Assembly (NCBI GenBank): GCA_951406725.2
Contig: OX597818.1
Coordinates: 82,956,001-83,020,000, forward strand
Reading direction: 5' to 3'
Length of the DNA: 64,000 bases
DNA from: Octopus vulgaris
Taxonomy: Eukaryota
Numbering within the stretch: the stretch's first letter is position 1; every line of letters begins with the position of its first letter. Positions 51,123-64,000 of the stretch are shown in pieces. The notes below the pieces were generated by a model. It did not search any database. It was not told the DNA's origin and was given only the letters and a program-made list of their open reading frames with translations. A program made the translations under genes and the position numbers.

Positions 51123-52667
51123 ATTTCGTATACGCACAGCATGTTACACTGTTGCAGAAAGAAATTCCTAAAATCGGGCTACAGCAAGTAACCTTAGATG
51201 CCAAAAAGTTTCCAAACTATTCTAGGTGTCTTTAATACTATTATTATCTGGACCTTATGTTTTATGTCCGTTTGCTTTATCTATCTGTTCAAAGCTTTAG
51301 GGATATTTCCTATTGCACCTATACCCACGGAGAAACATTTTACCGCAATTTCCATAGCGTCTGTAACTTAATAGCTTGATCCTCATAGTCTGCTATTTTT
51401 ACGGTACCTCCCATATTGACTTTCTCAGTATTTTCGACTGTAAAGTCCATTGCTTGACACTTTCTATTCTCTTCGTCTACAATTACTAAATTAGGTCTTC
51501 TAACTTCTATTACACTAGTAGTCTGAATGTGAAAATCCCACATTTTAAATTCTTACTTTCTAGCACTTTACTAGATTCTTGTTCATATAACTTATCAGAA
51601 ATCCTACCTTTCTGCATAACTTCTGTGGGGATTATTCTCCCTAGGTTGTCATGTCTTTTATTCTTTCTGTGCAAGCATACTGTAATCACTAACTACATGA
51701 AAAACATTTTATTGCTTTAATTTACACAACCTACACTGAGAAACTACCTGACTTTTGTCCATCTTGGCTATTATACAATTAGTCCTCAACGTTTAATCTT
51801 GTGCTGCTTCTAACAAACTTTCTGTCTCCCTTCTCAGCCTTCATTTCCGAAATGTCTCACTATTTCTATTTTCTGCCGCTATCTTTGGAAATCTATGCAA
51901 AGCCTTATCTTGACAGTCAGATAATTTTGCATCTTCTTTCGGATTTTTAATTTCATTTGGGTTTTTGGTTTCCTTATCTTCTACTGTTGTTCTAAAAGGC
52001 TCTTGATAAAATTACTTCACTGTTACCTACACAGGAAGCTATAACTATTTTAGCTAATCCCAAACGCTATTTTAAAAATATTAAATATATATAAACTTCC
52101 TTTCAAGGTAAATATAGTTTTGCTATTGCTACTCTTGGATGAAGTCCTCCATTCAAACCGAATTCTTTCCTAGTTCTGGCTTGATTTGCTTGTTCGAAAT
52201 ATTTCCAATCTATAAAAGCTGCCAAAATCCTTACGACCTTCACTAAATTCAGGGCATTTGGCTTCCGCTTTGCTAACTTCATCACACTTTCCATTTTTGA
52301 TTTTATTTCTATAGTTAGTACTCTGTCAGATGTCAACAACCCTAGTTTTTATAACTTTTTCTTTCAATGACTGTAATGTCTTGCCATCAGGTAACCGAAG
52401 GCCTTCAATGATGTCTACCTGTTCTTTTTTATGACTAATATTGCACACTTACCTATGACAAATTCCTTTGCAATATCTTTGCTATAAAATCTTAAAGTAT
52501 GTATTAACGAGTTGATCACTTTTTTATCCTTAGTAAAAAGTTTCAAATTATCCACATAGAGAAAATGGTAAATTTTTCCTTTACTATCTCTAAATTGATA
52601 ACTTGTCATTGCCTTCTTTGATACAACACTGGGGTGGGAAACTAAACGTAACACAAATATTTAAGGG
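51123..52667 (-). mobile_element. Old 5'-truncated R4/Dong-like retrotransposon between TAA arrays
   Basis: HFLYVDNLKLF...GKCA (RT), GLHPRVAIAKLYLP, WDFHIQT...RRPNLVIVD (RLE); ATT repeats at 51097-51122 and 52668-52722. Confidence 0.85.
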
Positions 52668-52668
52668 G

Positions 52669-52722
<54 letters not shown>

Positions 52723-52935
52723 GTATTAAAACTCATTGTGTATGATGGAAAGTGTCAGCTGTCCACAGCGAGAAGACTAAGGTGACACTTGCTTTACTTG
52801 AAGTTCCAGGTAATGCTGAGTTTTGTAGGTGTTCTACCTTCACCCTTGCACCGATCTTTTGCAGCCATGTTGGTAGTTGAGCGCTGATACTTCAAAGTGC
52901 ACCAATTACTATTGTCCACACTCCAAATGCACATT
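52723..52935 (-). mobile_element. R4/Dong-like 3' fragment
   Basis: IVIGAL*SISAQLPTWLQKIGARVKVEHLQNSALPGT (like IVIGALG...LQKSALLGT); the 3' end abuts (TAA)n. Confidence 0.7.
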
Positions 52936-53180
52936 CTTCATTGACCACAACCTTCATATTTCACACTTTAAATCGTCGCAGCTGTTTATTTTTTCTTCTT
53001 CTTTCAAATGGATCCTGTTATCACCGGAGCAGACTATGTCGATTATCATACACGTTCTTTCTTTTCTTTTCACCACAACAATGTCCGATTTCCGATGCCT
53101 GGTCAGGTGATCACACCTGACCAGATAATGTATCCCATAGAATTTTTCAATTTTCGGTGACTCCTGGTGGGGTTTGACAA

Positions 53181-53390
53181 GGCATCGAGCTAGCAGAATA
53201 GTTAGTAGACCTGGCGAAATACTTAGTAGTATTTCGTCCGTCGGAAAGTTCTGAGTTCAAATTACGCCGAGATCGTCTTTGCCTTTCATCCTTTCGGGGT
53301 CAATAAATTAAGTACCAGTGAAACACTAGGGTCGATTTAATCGACACATCCCCTCCCCCAAAATGGCTGCCCTTATGGCAAAATTTGAAT
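53181..53390 (+). mobile_element. Family A SINE
   Basis: ggcatcgagctagcagaatagttag...gagttcaaattacgccgag...gcctttcatcctttcggggtcaataaattaagtacc. Confidence 0.88.
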
Positions 53391-53521
53391 TTATCATCAT
53401 CATCATCTTCATCATCATCATCATCATCGTCGTCGTCGTCGTCGTCATCATCATCATTATCATCATCCTCCTCCTCCTCCTCATCATCATCATCATCATC
53501 ATTATTATTATTATTATTATT

Positions 53522-53898
53522 ATTTTTTTTTCTTCTTTCAAATTTGCTTCCATTTCTTGCCGAGTGTCTTCCCGACTCCTATGGCAAAGAAACTCATAGT
53601 ATACATCGGTAGGCCATTACACCAAACTCAATAGTTCGTTCATTTTTTTTTTTTTTTAAGTTAAATTAAAATACATGAACAGCAACAATTCTCACATCGA
53701 CAATGCTCTTCTCAATACATGTGATGTACCAGTTAAGACGATCTTTTGCACTTCTTGCAGGGATGGTAAGCCAGGGATCATTCTCATATAATTTTCGGTT
53801 CCCTTCTTGATCATTCCTAGTGCTCCTACGATCACTGGTATTGTAACCGCCTTGAGATGCCACATTTTCTCAATTTCAATGAGTAGGTCTTTATATTT
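53522..53898 (-). mobile_element. R4/Dong-like 3' fragment with uninterrupted C-terminal frame, flanked by TAA repeats
   Basis: KYKDLLIEIEKMWHLKAVTIPVIVGALGMIKKGTENYMRMIPGLPSLQEVQKIVLTGTSHVLRRALSM* (53898-53692), collinear with the end of the 36725 ORF. Confidence 0.9.
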
Positions 53899-53951
53899 TA
53901 TTATTATTATTATTATTCCAAAGTATTATCCCAAAGTATGGTTGCTTTCTC

Positions 53952-54066
<115 letters not shown>

Positions 54067-54067
54067 G

Positions 54068-54102
<35 letters not shown>

Positions 54103-54103
<1 letters not shown>

Positions 54104-54300
54104 GCGACGAGCTGGCAGAATCGTTAGAAGGCCGGCGAAATTCTCCGTGGTATTTCGTCCATCTATACCTTGTGAGTTCAAATAGCGCCGATCTCGACTT
54201 TGTCTTTCAGCCTTTCGGTGTCGAGAAAAAAAGCAGCATATGAACAATGGGGTCGAAATTGTCACTTGAAATTTCCCGACATTTTGCCAAAATTTGAAAC
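54103..54300 (+). mobile_element. Family A SINE
   Basis: gcgacgagctggcagaatcgttag...gagttcaaatagcgccgatctcgactttg. Confidence 0.85.
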
Positions 54301-54324
54301 CATTATTAATAATAAAAGTACCTC

Positions 54325-54535
54325 TTAGACGGAAACTATGTAGAAGCCCGTCATATATATGTTTTTGTGCGTGTATATGTGTGCGTCTTTGTGTCTGTGC
54401 TTTCCTCCCACATTTGTCAACATGTGTTGCTTTATTTATTTCTCCATAATTTGGCGGTTTATCAGGAGACACAGAGAGAATAAAAATGCGTGCTCCAGCA
54501 TGGCCGGGTTCCAGTGACTGAAACAAGTAAAAGAA
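54325..54535 (+). mobile_element. Family B SINE 3' part
   Basis: tagacggaaactatgtagaagcccgtc...gtgctccagcatggcc...gactgaaacaagtaaaag. Confidence 0.7.
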
Positions 54536-54744
54536 GTATGATTTATATTTTAGTTATACTTAGAGAGGAAGAGATACAGGGAGGGAGAGAATTATGATAT
54601 ACTTTTTTCTTTACTCGAGCCCTATGACACATAAGGCCCTATAACTCATAAGGTTCTATGAATCATAAAGCCGGCTCGCCGCTTTCACTAGCGTTTAAGC
54701 GACCGAGATCACAATAACTCCCATTGAAATCATTGCTGAGTCCA

Positions 54745-55160
54745 AAGCCCACAATTTGGAAAAGAGGTAACAAAACGAATACGTCGACATCTAAAATTTG
54801 ACTAATACTTTATTTTATCGACTGCCAATGAGATGAAAGGTTGCTATAAAAAAGTTACCTCAGTGGGATTTGAACTCAAAACTTAAAGAGCCTGGAGAAA
54901 TGCTGCTAAGCATTTAATCTGAAGCCCTGGCAACACTGTTAGTTTAACTCCTTTGGTTTGAAATTTTGGCACCAGTCCAGCAAATTTAGCGGGAGGAGAA
55001 TAATCAATTGATTAATCACAGTATATGTTTAGTAGTTAATTTTAGCGGCCCCGAAGTGATGAAAGATTAAGATGACGCTGATAGGTTTTGAACACACAAC
55101 TTAAAATACCGGGAAAAATACTGCTTTTCATTTTGTCCAACGTGTTACCAATTCTGCCAG
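54745..55160 (-). mobile_element. Two tandem, diverged family A SINEs
   Basis: gatgaaagg...cctcagtgggatttgaactca and gatgaaagattaag...tttgaacacaca...caattctgccag. Confidence 0.65.
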
Positions 55161-56199
55161 TTAAAAACCTTGATGAGAGGCATACACAGAGAAAATATAA
55201 AAGTTGTTCAATTTTTGCGATGGATGTTGATATATATCAAGTGGGATTAAGTCTTATTGTGTTTGTCGTTTAGTTAACTCGTAATTATTATTGTTGCAGC
55301 TATTGTTGGTGTGGTGTTGGTAGTGGAGATAGTTGAAGGTATAGTCATTATTCTGGATTAAATGTTTTCACATAACTTTGCATATGTGTTATTGCGTGTT
55401 TTTATGTATATGTGTATGTATTTGTTCGTCTTATTTGTAACAATACGTGTGTATGTTTGTTTATATATTAATTGGGGCATAAATCTGTCTGGTACTTTAA
55501 ATGTCAGAGCAATTAAATTTATATCAACATCATCGTTATTATCATAATTGTCTTCCCCTTCGTCCTCCTCCTCGTCATCATCCTTGTTACCGTCGTCGTA
55601 TTCGTAGTCGTTTTCATCATAGTCGTTGTGGTCATGATAATCGTCATCATCGCCATAACCATATAACGCTCACGCATTCCTTTGACTACATAGAACAACA
55701 GTCCAAATCACCAATCTTCAACAAATCTCATCCTGTCGCCGTTAAATGGAATAGTTATTTTGGAAAATGTAGTCCATTATATATACAAAAACCGAAAAAG
55801 ATAATAGCCCACAAAATGCTTTTGATCATAATCGTGATAAAGTGTGGTTGATTTGGAGCTAAACAACTATTAAGTATTGATGTACTTTTATATTTGACTT
55901 GTTTCAGCCATTGGACAGTACCTTGAATGGTTTTGCTGTGCGTGAGTTCGATGCTCCTTGGCGAGAATGACCTGGCCCACCATATATAAATAGTAGCAGT
56001 CTGAGTAAGTGAGGCAGTTTGTTCATGTTCGTCCGTTATTATAATGTATTTATTCACTATATGTAATCTCCTCCGATAAGTCCGCGACTTCTATTTGTCC
56101 CGTGTATTGTTCCCTCTTTGTTTAACCCTTGTGCTCTTAATAAAATCATCGTGCTAGTTCCAAATAATGCTATGAGGATAAAAAATAAACCTTTTTTAT

Positions 56200-56530
56200 A
56201 ATGTTATTCAATAAAGTCACCTTTAGCTTCAACAGCTGCTTGTCTATGAGATCTAAATCAACTTCATCCTCGAATCAAGTGGTCCTGGTTCGTTTGGGCA
56301 TTACTCTGACTATGTAGCTTTCAAAGAATCTTTGGAGTAATGGGCGTGTTCATTGACTTCCCTCTCAACAACGCTACACATGTAATAGTCCATTGGCTTA
56401 AGATCTGGGGAATTAAAAGGCCAAATGTTAGGGGTTATGGGATCATGAACATTTTCAGCCATCCATTCCTATGTTACTAGAGCCATGTGTGATAGTGCAG
56501 ACACTTACTGAAACACATAGGGTCTTCTAT
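56200..56530 (-). pseudogene. Tc1/mariner-superfamily DD37D (maT)-like transposase remnant
   Basis: RPYVFQ...EWMAEN...WPFNSPDLKPMDYYMCSVVEREVN (like WPPNSPDLNPLDYYVW). Confidence 0.8.
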
Positions 56531-57174
56531 TGCATGAAATGTATATTATTTATTTTTGACTGCTCCTTTGAAATATACAAATACAGTCCACAAATTTCTG
56601 CCTTGCATATCACATCCACAGCGCCTGGGTAAATAAATGCTAGGATTAAATGAAAAGATCCTTAGCCAAGACGACACTCTAAAGATTCCAAATCTGGATC
56701 TCCTGGTGACGGAGTGAACGTTTGACTGGTGCTGATCCAAGTCTGCTTCCATTTGGGTATGTATACAGGTTTGAACAAACAAGGCTAGATGTTTCAGAAA
56801 TTTGATTCGGAATCACATGGTACCGGAATTTATGAAAGCTCTGCATCAAGTACAGACGTGTTTCAGTTCAAATCTTGTATGCCATGAAATTGTTTGGTAT
56901 TTTCTCTTCATTGCAAACAAAGCTGGGCGAAGTAGGGTGCGTAGAAATACGAAATATCAAAGTGAATATCAAATGTGTTCGGTTCGATTTCAGAATTAAC
57001 GCAAGTTTAGTGTGAGTATAGAGGTTACATTGTAGATGTATGATTGAAGATGCCACAGCTGCTGCTGCTGCTGCTGATGATGATAATGATTACGAAGAGG
57101 AGAAAGATGATGTTTTAAGATAATTTGATGACGAAGATGATGATGATGACGACGATGACGATGATGTCTACAAA

Positions 57175-57377
57175 AGGCACAAAGCCTGAAATTTTGTGGG
57201 GTGGGTTGCTATTCGATTACATCTACTCCAGTGTATCACTGTTTTTTTTAGTTTATCGACCCTGAAAGTATGAAAGGCAAAGTCGACCTCGGCGGAATTT
57301 GAACTTAGAACATAAAGCCAGACGGAATGCTACTAAGCATTTTGCCCTGCATGCTAACGATTCTGCCAGTTGGTCGC
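57175..57377 (-). mobile_element. Family A SINE
   Basis: tgaaaggcaaagtcgacctcggcggaatttgaac...gctaacgattctgccag. Confidence 0.88.
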
Positions 57378-57411
57378 TTTAATGTTGGTAATAATAATAA
57401 TAATGATGATG

Positions 57412-57554
<143 letters not shown>

Positions 57555-58035
57555 CATGATAGTAACAATAATAATTGTTATAATGATATCTTTAGATGCG
57601 ATTATGAGACTGGTGTTGTGTGCCTCGAATGCGAGAAAATAACAACAACAATAATAACAAAAAGTACTGTAATAGAATATATAAAAAAAACACATTCCCA
57701 CCCGACAAAAAATACAACAGAAATAGAACGTAAACAAACGAAGAAATACTCAATAAAACAACAACATCGAATACTCTTTGAAAGCAGATTTTAAAAGGTT
57801 CTGTAGATAAATTCCAAAGGGCTTAGTAACCTTTCAGTATTTCTTTCCTTGGGTGTTTGTTAATAGCAACAGTCGTGTATTATATTGGCCAACTGGGAAT
57901 TTACTAATGGCGTTCTATCTAACATTTATTTGATAGGGAAGTCATTATTTTTTTCTGTTTCTTCTTTCGCGGTTTTTTGAGAGTGCAGTTTATAAAGTTT
58001 GATAGATGTTTACATTTCATATATACATACATACA

Positions 58036-58066
<31 letters not shown>

Positions 58067-58571
58067 GTACGTACGTACGTTCATATGTACAAACGTATGT
58101 ACGTACGTACGTTCATATGTATGTATATATATATACATATATATACACATATATACATTTATATATGTATGTATATATATGTGTATATACATATATATGT
58201 ATATATGTATATATGTATATATATATATATATATGTATTTACATATATATATATGTGTGTATCTATCTATCCATTTATAACTATGTATATATGTGTATAT
58301 ACAATGTGTGTGTCTGTGTATGTATTATGTACGTATATGCGTATTCATGCAATAAAACACACAGGCATTCACTCACACACATACAAATAAATATATATAT
58401 GTATGTATATCTATATGTTTACACACACACATTCACACACATACACACACGCGCGCGCGTAATGGTACGTGTGAGTATACGATCAATTTGCACTTTTGTA
58501 AAGTTTCTGTTTATCTACACTTTCTTTCGTGATCTCTCGCGGATGAGGATTAGATTTAAATAAAATAATAA

Positions 58572-59108
58572 TATGAAAAGTGGGGCCTAGAGAGAGGATA
58601 GACGTGGTAGGAGCACAAAGCGCAGAGATTTTCGGAGTAGGACACTAACAAAATCCTCTCTGATTTCCCAATCCAAACAGATCAGGTGTTAGAGCATAAC
58701 AGACCGAACTTAGATGTAGTGGACTAGGTGCACCACATATGCTATACAGCTGATGTTGCATGCCCCTTTGACTCACGAATAGTCAAGAAGGAAAGTGAAA
58801 AGATAGATAAATACAACCCTCTGAAGTATGAAATAGTCTGGCTATAGAAATTGAAGAAGGTGAAGATAGTGCCAATTATTGTTGGGTCTTTGGATCAATA
58901 TCGGAAGGCATCAAGGAAAATATAAGGAAATTGGAATAGAGTGCCCAGTAGAACCGTCACGAAAGGATTACCTTCTTGACACGGCCATAATAATCAGGAA
59001 AGTATTACATAGCTGAATAGAATGAATTGTATGGTACCGTAGTCTGCAGGTAACAAGCCCGCTGTGTATGTAAAACTCCAGGAGCTCCAACAAAACCTGT
59101 GATATAGA
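58572..59108 (+). mobile_element. R4/Dong-like 3' fragment ending in (TAA)n
   Basis: KILSDFPIQTDQVLEHNRPNL...ADVACPFDSRIVKKESEKIDKYNPLKYEI...IVPIIVGSL, with stops. Confidence 0.85.
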
Positions 59109-59132
59109 ATAATAATAATAATAATAATAATG

Positions 59133-59214
<82 letters not shown>

Positions 59215-59216
<2 letters not shown>

Positions 59217-59640
59217 CACACACAGATAGAGAAATTAAGGCCAACAGACCAGATATAGTTGTCAGAGATCATGAAGAAAAAAATGCTTTCTAATTGATGT
59301 TTTAATACCAGCAGATAACAACGTGTCTCTTCAAAATACAAAGAACTGGAAATAGAGGTAACCAGAATGTGGAATCTAAAAACAGAAACAATTCCTATCA
59401 TAGTAGGAGCATTAGGCATGATAAAAAATATTCAGACATATACATAACAAAAACACCAGGATTTACAAACACATATAACATACAGAAAATTGCACTACTA
59501 GGCACTGCACACATCTTACGCAGAACATTTTCCATACTCTGACCATCAGAGCATCACAACAAATCACAGCACATACCCAAGTAACACAGAGCTGCGCTCG
59601 GTAGTGAAGTGAAAGCACGCTATAAAAATAAAACTACTGA
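59215..59640 (+). mobile_element. R4/Dong-like 3' fragment between TAA arrays
   Basis: HTDREIKANRPDIVV...KYKELEIEVTRMWNLKTETIPIIVGALGMIK...IQKIALLGTAHILRR. Confidence 0.9.
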
Positions 59641-59657
59641 ATAATAATAATAATAAT

Positions 59658-59722
<65 letters not shown>

Positions 59723-59880
59723 TGATTATGATGATGATGATGAGGAGGAGGAGGAGGGGGAGGAGGAGGAGGAGGAGGAGGAGGAGGAGGAGAAGAAGAA
59801 GAAGAAGAAGAAGAAGAAGAAGAAGAAGAAGAAGAAGAAGAAGAAGAAGAAGAAGAAGAAGAAGAAGAAGAAGAAGAAAA
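59640..59880. repeat. (TAA)n-(GAT)n-(GAG)n-(GAA)n compound triplet repeat
   Basis: Direct reading. Confidence 0.95.
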
Positions 59881-59887
59881 ATGATGA

Positions 59888-60075
59888 TTTCAAATTTTGA
59901 CACGAGGGCAGAAATGTCGGTGTAAGTAATAAGATGATTACATCGAGCCCAGTGTCCAACTGATATTTATTTGACCGACTTCGAAGGGATGAAAGGCAAA
60001 GTTGACCACAGCGTAACATGATCTCAGAACGTAAAGGTAGACAAAATTTCTGCTAAGCATTTCGCCCAGCATGCT
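59888..60075 (-). mobile_element. Family A SINE, diverged
   Basis: ggatgaaaggcaaagttgacc...tgctaagcatttcgcccagcatgct. Confidence 0.8.
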
Positions 60076-60084
60076 TGTAGATTT

Positions 60085-60395
60085 CATTATTGACTCCATT
60101 GTAGACGAATAAGTGGACCAGGATTAGCAGCATAGATCACTCACCATAACATTACATTGCCTCCTCCATATTTCTCTGTCGTTTTCACACATGCCCGAGA
60201 TAACCTTTCGCCACATTTTCGTCGGACGTACAACCCGACATTGGAACCAATCATATTAAACTTCGATTCATCGCAACAATGAACCTGCAACCATTGTCCT
60301 TCTGTCCAAGCGACATGTTCGTGTATGAAACACAGACAGGCACTTTGTTTCTTCTTGGAGATCAGAGGCTTCTGTGCCTGTGCCTGAGCAAACAA
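60085..60395 (-). pseudogene. Tc1 (DD34E) transposase remnant
   Basis: QKPLISKK...EHVAWTEGQWLQVHCCDESKFNMIGSN...YVRRKCGERL...TTEKYGGGNVMLW. Confidence 0.9.
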
Positions 60396-60878
60396 CGCAA
60401 AGGCATGTAATCTCCTTAGGAATGATTATGTTTTCTTCGTTACTGACTTAGAATAGCTCAAATGTATGCGTAAGTGAAAAAGCACATGCTTATCCCATTC
60501 TAATTGTTTAAAAGTTACATAGAGAAACTGATAGCAAAGCGTCGCTTTGACGGAGAAAAGACACAATTTAAGGATGAACCTTTCTGTAACAGGAAAATAC
60601 ACACAAATGATTTACATTAATACATACCTATAAGGCATCTTCGATATTCTGTTTATAATTTTCGATACTGGAAATTTGGTGAATATTGTTTCGACAGGTA
60701 TAGTAAAAATTTGCCAAATTTATGAATTTCTTGTTGACTTTATAGAAATCCTGCAGATGAATGTAAGTTGTTTCAAATATAGTTTTATGGCATTAACTCG
60801 TCCGAAAGCTATACTAGACGTTAGTGTATTGATTGCAAAGTTTTATATGTGAATGTGTATACACAATACACATATTCA

Positions 60879-60922
<44 letters not shown>

Positions 60923-61111
60923 TGTAAGTATGCATATGTCTGTATGGGCAGTGTAGAGGTGTGATTATTCTCATTATAACAGATTTGCTATCAGGAAATT
61001 CTAATACACAATTAGACGCTCATTTTCTGTTACGTATTTATTAGTTGCTTGTAAGTACAAATGTACATACACACACGCACTTTACAAAACCACCACACAA
61101 CACATACTAAC

Positions 61112-61153
<42 letters not shown>

Positions 61154-61430
61154 GTATCTGATTATAGCTCTGTACATGTTAGAAATTCTGTCGAGACCAT
61201 TATATAAGTCCACCGTTTGGGCATGATTAATAACGCATATTCTTGATACATTGGACATCTCCTCTCAAAGATCAAACCAAATCCAAGAATACAATCAAAA
61301 CTCATAATAGTAAAAAAAAAAACGAAGTACATATACTATTAAAAAATTTAATAACAGCAAGAGTCTTATTAACAATAATAGCATGGGACCTAGAAATATT
61401 AATAACGGAACGCCAAGAATATTGCGAATA

Positions 61431-61434
<4 letters not shown>

Positions 61435-61462
<28 letters not shown>

Positions 61463-61491
61463 ACTACTACTACTACTACTACTACTACTGG

Positions 61492-61525
<34 letters not shown>

Positions 61526-61650
61526 GGTACTACTACTACAACTGCTACCACCCCAACTGATGATGATGATGATGATAATGACAACGACCATGATAACGAT
61601 ATCAACAGCAACAGCAACAAACACCAGCTCAAGAACAGTAATAACAATTG

Positions 61651-61722
<72 letters not shown>

Positions 61723-61880
61723 CATTATTATTATTATTAATATTATTAATAATAATAATAATAATGTTGAAGAAGAAGAGGTGTAAAAAGATGAAGAAGA
61801 AGAAGAAGAAGAAGAAGAAGAAGAAGAAGAAGAAGAAGAAGAAGAAGAAGAAGAAGAAGAAGAAGAAGAAGAAGAAGAAA
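61435..61880. repeat. (CTG)n/(CTA)n/(TTA)n/(GAA)n compound triplet repeats
   Basis: Direct reading. Confidence 0.95.
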
Positions 61881-62647
61881 AAAAGTAGAAGAGAAAGAAT
61901 GATTATGATAATAATGATTATAAAAATAGTAAGAATTTAATAAGCGAATAAAATGCGACCCTGGGCATAGCAGTTAATAGTCTACAAAAATGACTTACCT
62001 CCCCTTTTATTGAAGCTCTTTTGTAATTTTTCCTAGCTGTAATTACTAGTATTAAGGTTGTGTAGCGAAAGCCTGCCAGGATAAGAGCAGAGAAGCCAGA
62101 TGCAATGAAAATTATTACAGTCCTCTCTATCTCCACCTATCTCAGCTATTACCAACGAAACACGCTAATTTTTACATGTAAATTCAGATGGTTGTAGATA
62201 TATAAAGTAACCTAATTGGATTCCCTATTTTTAAATATTTTACCATGCTTTCTTTCATTTTGTATTTGCAGTCATTTATGCGAGCTTCATACACACGCAC
62301 ACACACACACACACACAATCACTCACACGTGCACGCATTCACATATACATGCATGTGTGAGGGTGTGCCTGTATCTACATACGTACGTAGATGCAAATAT
62401 ATATATATATATAAACGCCCACGCATACGCATATATGTGTGTGTGTGTGTGTGCATATACACATACATACATACATACATACATACATACATACATACAT
62501 TGGCATAGAGAGTTCTCCGCAATATTCTATTAAAGCCTCTGTTAGAAACTTAGGAATAATTTTAATAGGCAATCACTTATTAAAGCGGGAATAGTTATCT
62601 ATTGATCGATCCCGTTTATAGATGGAGGCGCGTGTACATATAAATAC

Positions 62648-62680
<33 letters not shown>

Positions 62681-62797
62681 ATGATATATAAATATGTATA
62701 TATAAATATACATACAAATATATATACATATATACATACATACATACATATATAATATAGATAGATATATTTTGTGTGCCTGAGTATGTGTGTGTGC

Positions 62798-62850
<53 letters not shown>

Positions 62851-63034
62851 TACGTGCTACGTGATGCTACGTGATTTGTTTATCTGAATTTTCTTCACAT
62901 TTATTATGTTGCTTTAAAATGGAATCAGATTATCGTATGATGAAATATTTGAATACAAACGCGATGCATGAATTCTAAACGCACACATGCATTTGCACTC
63001 ACTTTATACATATAAATATTTTAAGTTTTACTTT

Positions 63035-63207
63035 TTTCAGTCATTAGACAGCGGCCATGCTGGGACACCGCCTTGAACCACTTTTACTCGAATGTATCAA
63101 CTCTAGGACCTTTTAAAGCCTGGTATTTATTCTATCGAACATTGAATGCGAAGCGTTAAGTTAACGTAAAAACACCAACACCTGTTGTCAAATGATGATG
63201 GGGATAC
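63035..63207 (-). mobile_element. Family B SINE 3' half
   Basis: tttcagtcattagacagcggccatgctgggacaccgccttgaa...aaacaccaacacctgttgtcaa. Confidence 0.7.
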
Positions 63208-63215
63208 ACATGCTG

Positions 63216-63273
<58 letters not shown>

Positions 63274-63282
63274 TCACACACA

Positions 63283-63990
63283 CATGGTGCGGTGAATAAA
63301 CTGTCGTCTAAATTACGCAAAAATGAAATTAACACTGACATCTCATTTTAGCAGATATATTTACATAAAAATATCTTGAGATACTAAAGAGTAAATATAC
63401 TCAATAGTATTGCCATTGGCTTCAAGTACGGCCTCCAGACAACTTCGGAATCTCCTAACTTATCCGGGAGGTTTCATTGTTTAAGTTTGTGAATGCTGCC
63501 ATAATCTTTTGCCTTCAGTTCATCTTTGGTGTAACGAGTTTTGTCGATCTCTCGCTCAACTGCGCCCCACACATAAGAATCGAGGGGTTGCAGTCTGGAG
63601 ACTTAGGTGGCTAGATGTAAGGGATAATGTGGTCGCAAGAATTGTCTGGCAGCCATGACTGGGTTTTGCTTGTGTGGCATGGTTCAAAGTCCTGTTGCCA
63701 GACATAGGATTTTCTAGGAGTCAAACTTTTGACCCAGCGCAGCACTACCCCCTCCAGGCACTTGATGTAGGCCTATGTGTTGTCTCTGAGGCCGCGTAGG
63801 AAGATGATGTTCATTAGACGTTTGATTTTTATCACTCTCGGTACATGTCCTCAGATTGACACCCGAACACTCTAAAATGTTCGTATTGGAGCTTCCGTTG
63901 AATATGCCAAGCAGTACAACATGTCGTTTCCAAATTTTTGGCAGAGTGAATTGCATCATGTTGCCGATTTTTTCGAAGACTGGTACTTAT
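63283..63990 (-). mobile_element. DD37D (maT)-like DNA transposon remnant
   Basis: 63400-63690 reads CHTSKTQSWL...PPKSPD..PLDSYVWGAVERE...KDELKAKIMAAF...RFRSCLEAVLEANG, with frameshifts. Confidence 0.8.
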
Positions 63991-64000
63991 TTTATCAATG

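Overview
AT-rich, extremely repeat-dense animal DNA. The SINE families and microsatellite load look like coleoid cephalopod (Octopus-type) genomic DNA; this is an inference. I can support no host protein-coding exon, rRNA or tRNA gene. Almost all ORFs in the track are translated microsatellites or transposon fossils. The one intact long ORF (36725-40543, 1272 aa) is an R4/Dong-clade non-LTR retrotransposon (RT, CCHC, restriction-like endonuclease) sitting inside a (TAA)n array. At least five further diverged Dong-type 3' fragments also abut (TAA)n. The window also holds Penelope-like (GIY-YIG) remnants, two Helitron helicase fossils, Tc1/mariner/maT fossils, a mariner-type MITE, L1/Tx1-like and CR1-like remnants and about 25 SINE copies from at least three families, several in composite arrays. 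Most interesting: (i) a small fold-back element at 35813-36287 whose two inverted arms each carry a type I hammerhead ribozyme motif, the left one intact; (ii) Penelope-associated minimal hammerhead-like motifs with a non-canonical CUGU-N-GAA core, including a tandem pair; (iii) a Tx1-like LINE end embedded in (ATCT)n whose 3' terminus is shared with the tail of the composite SINE.
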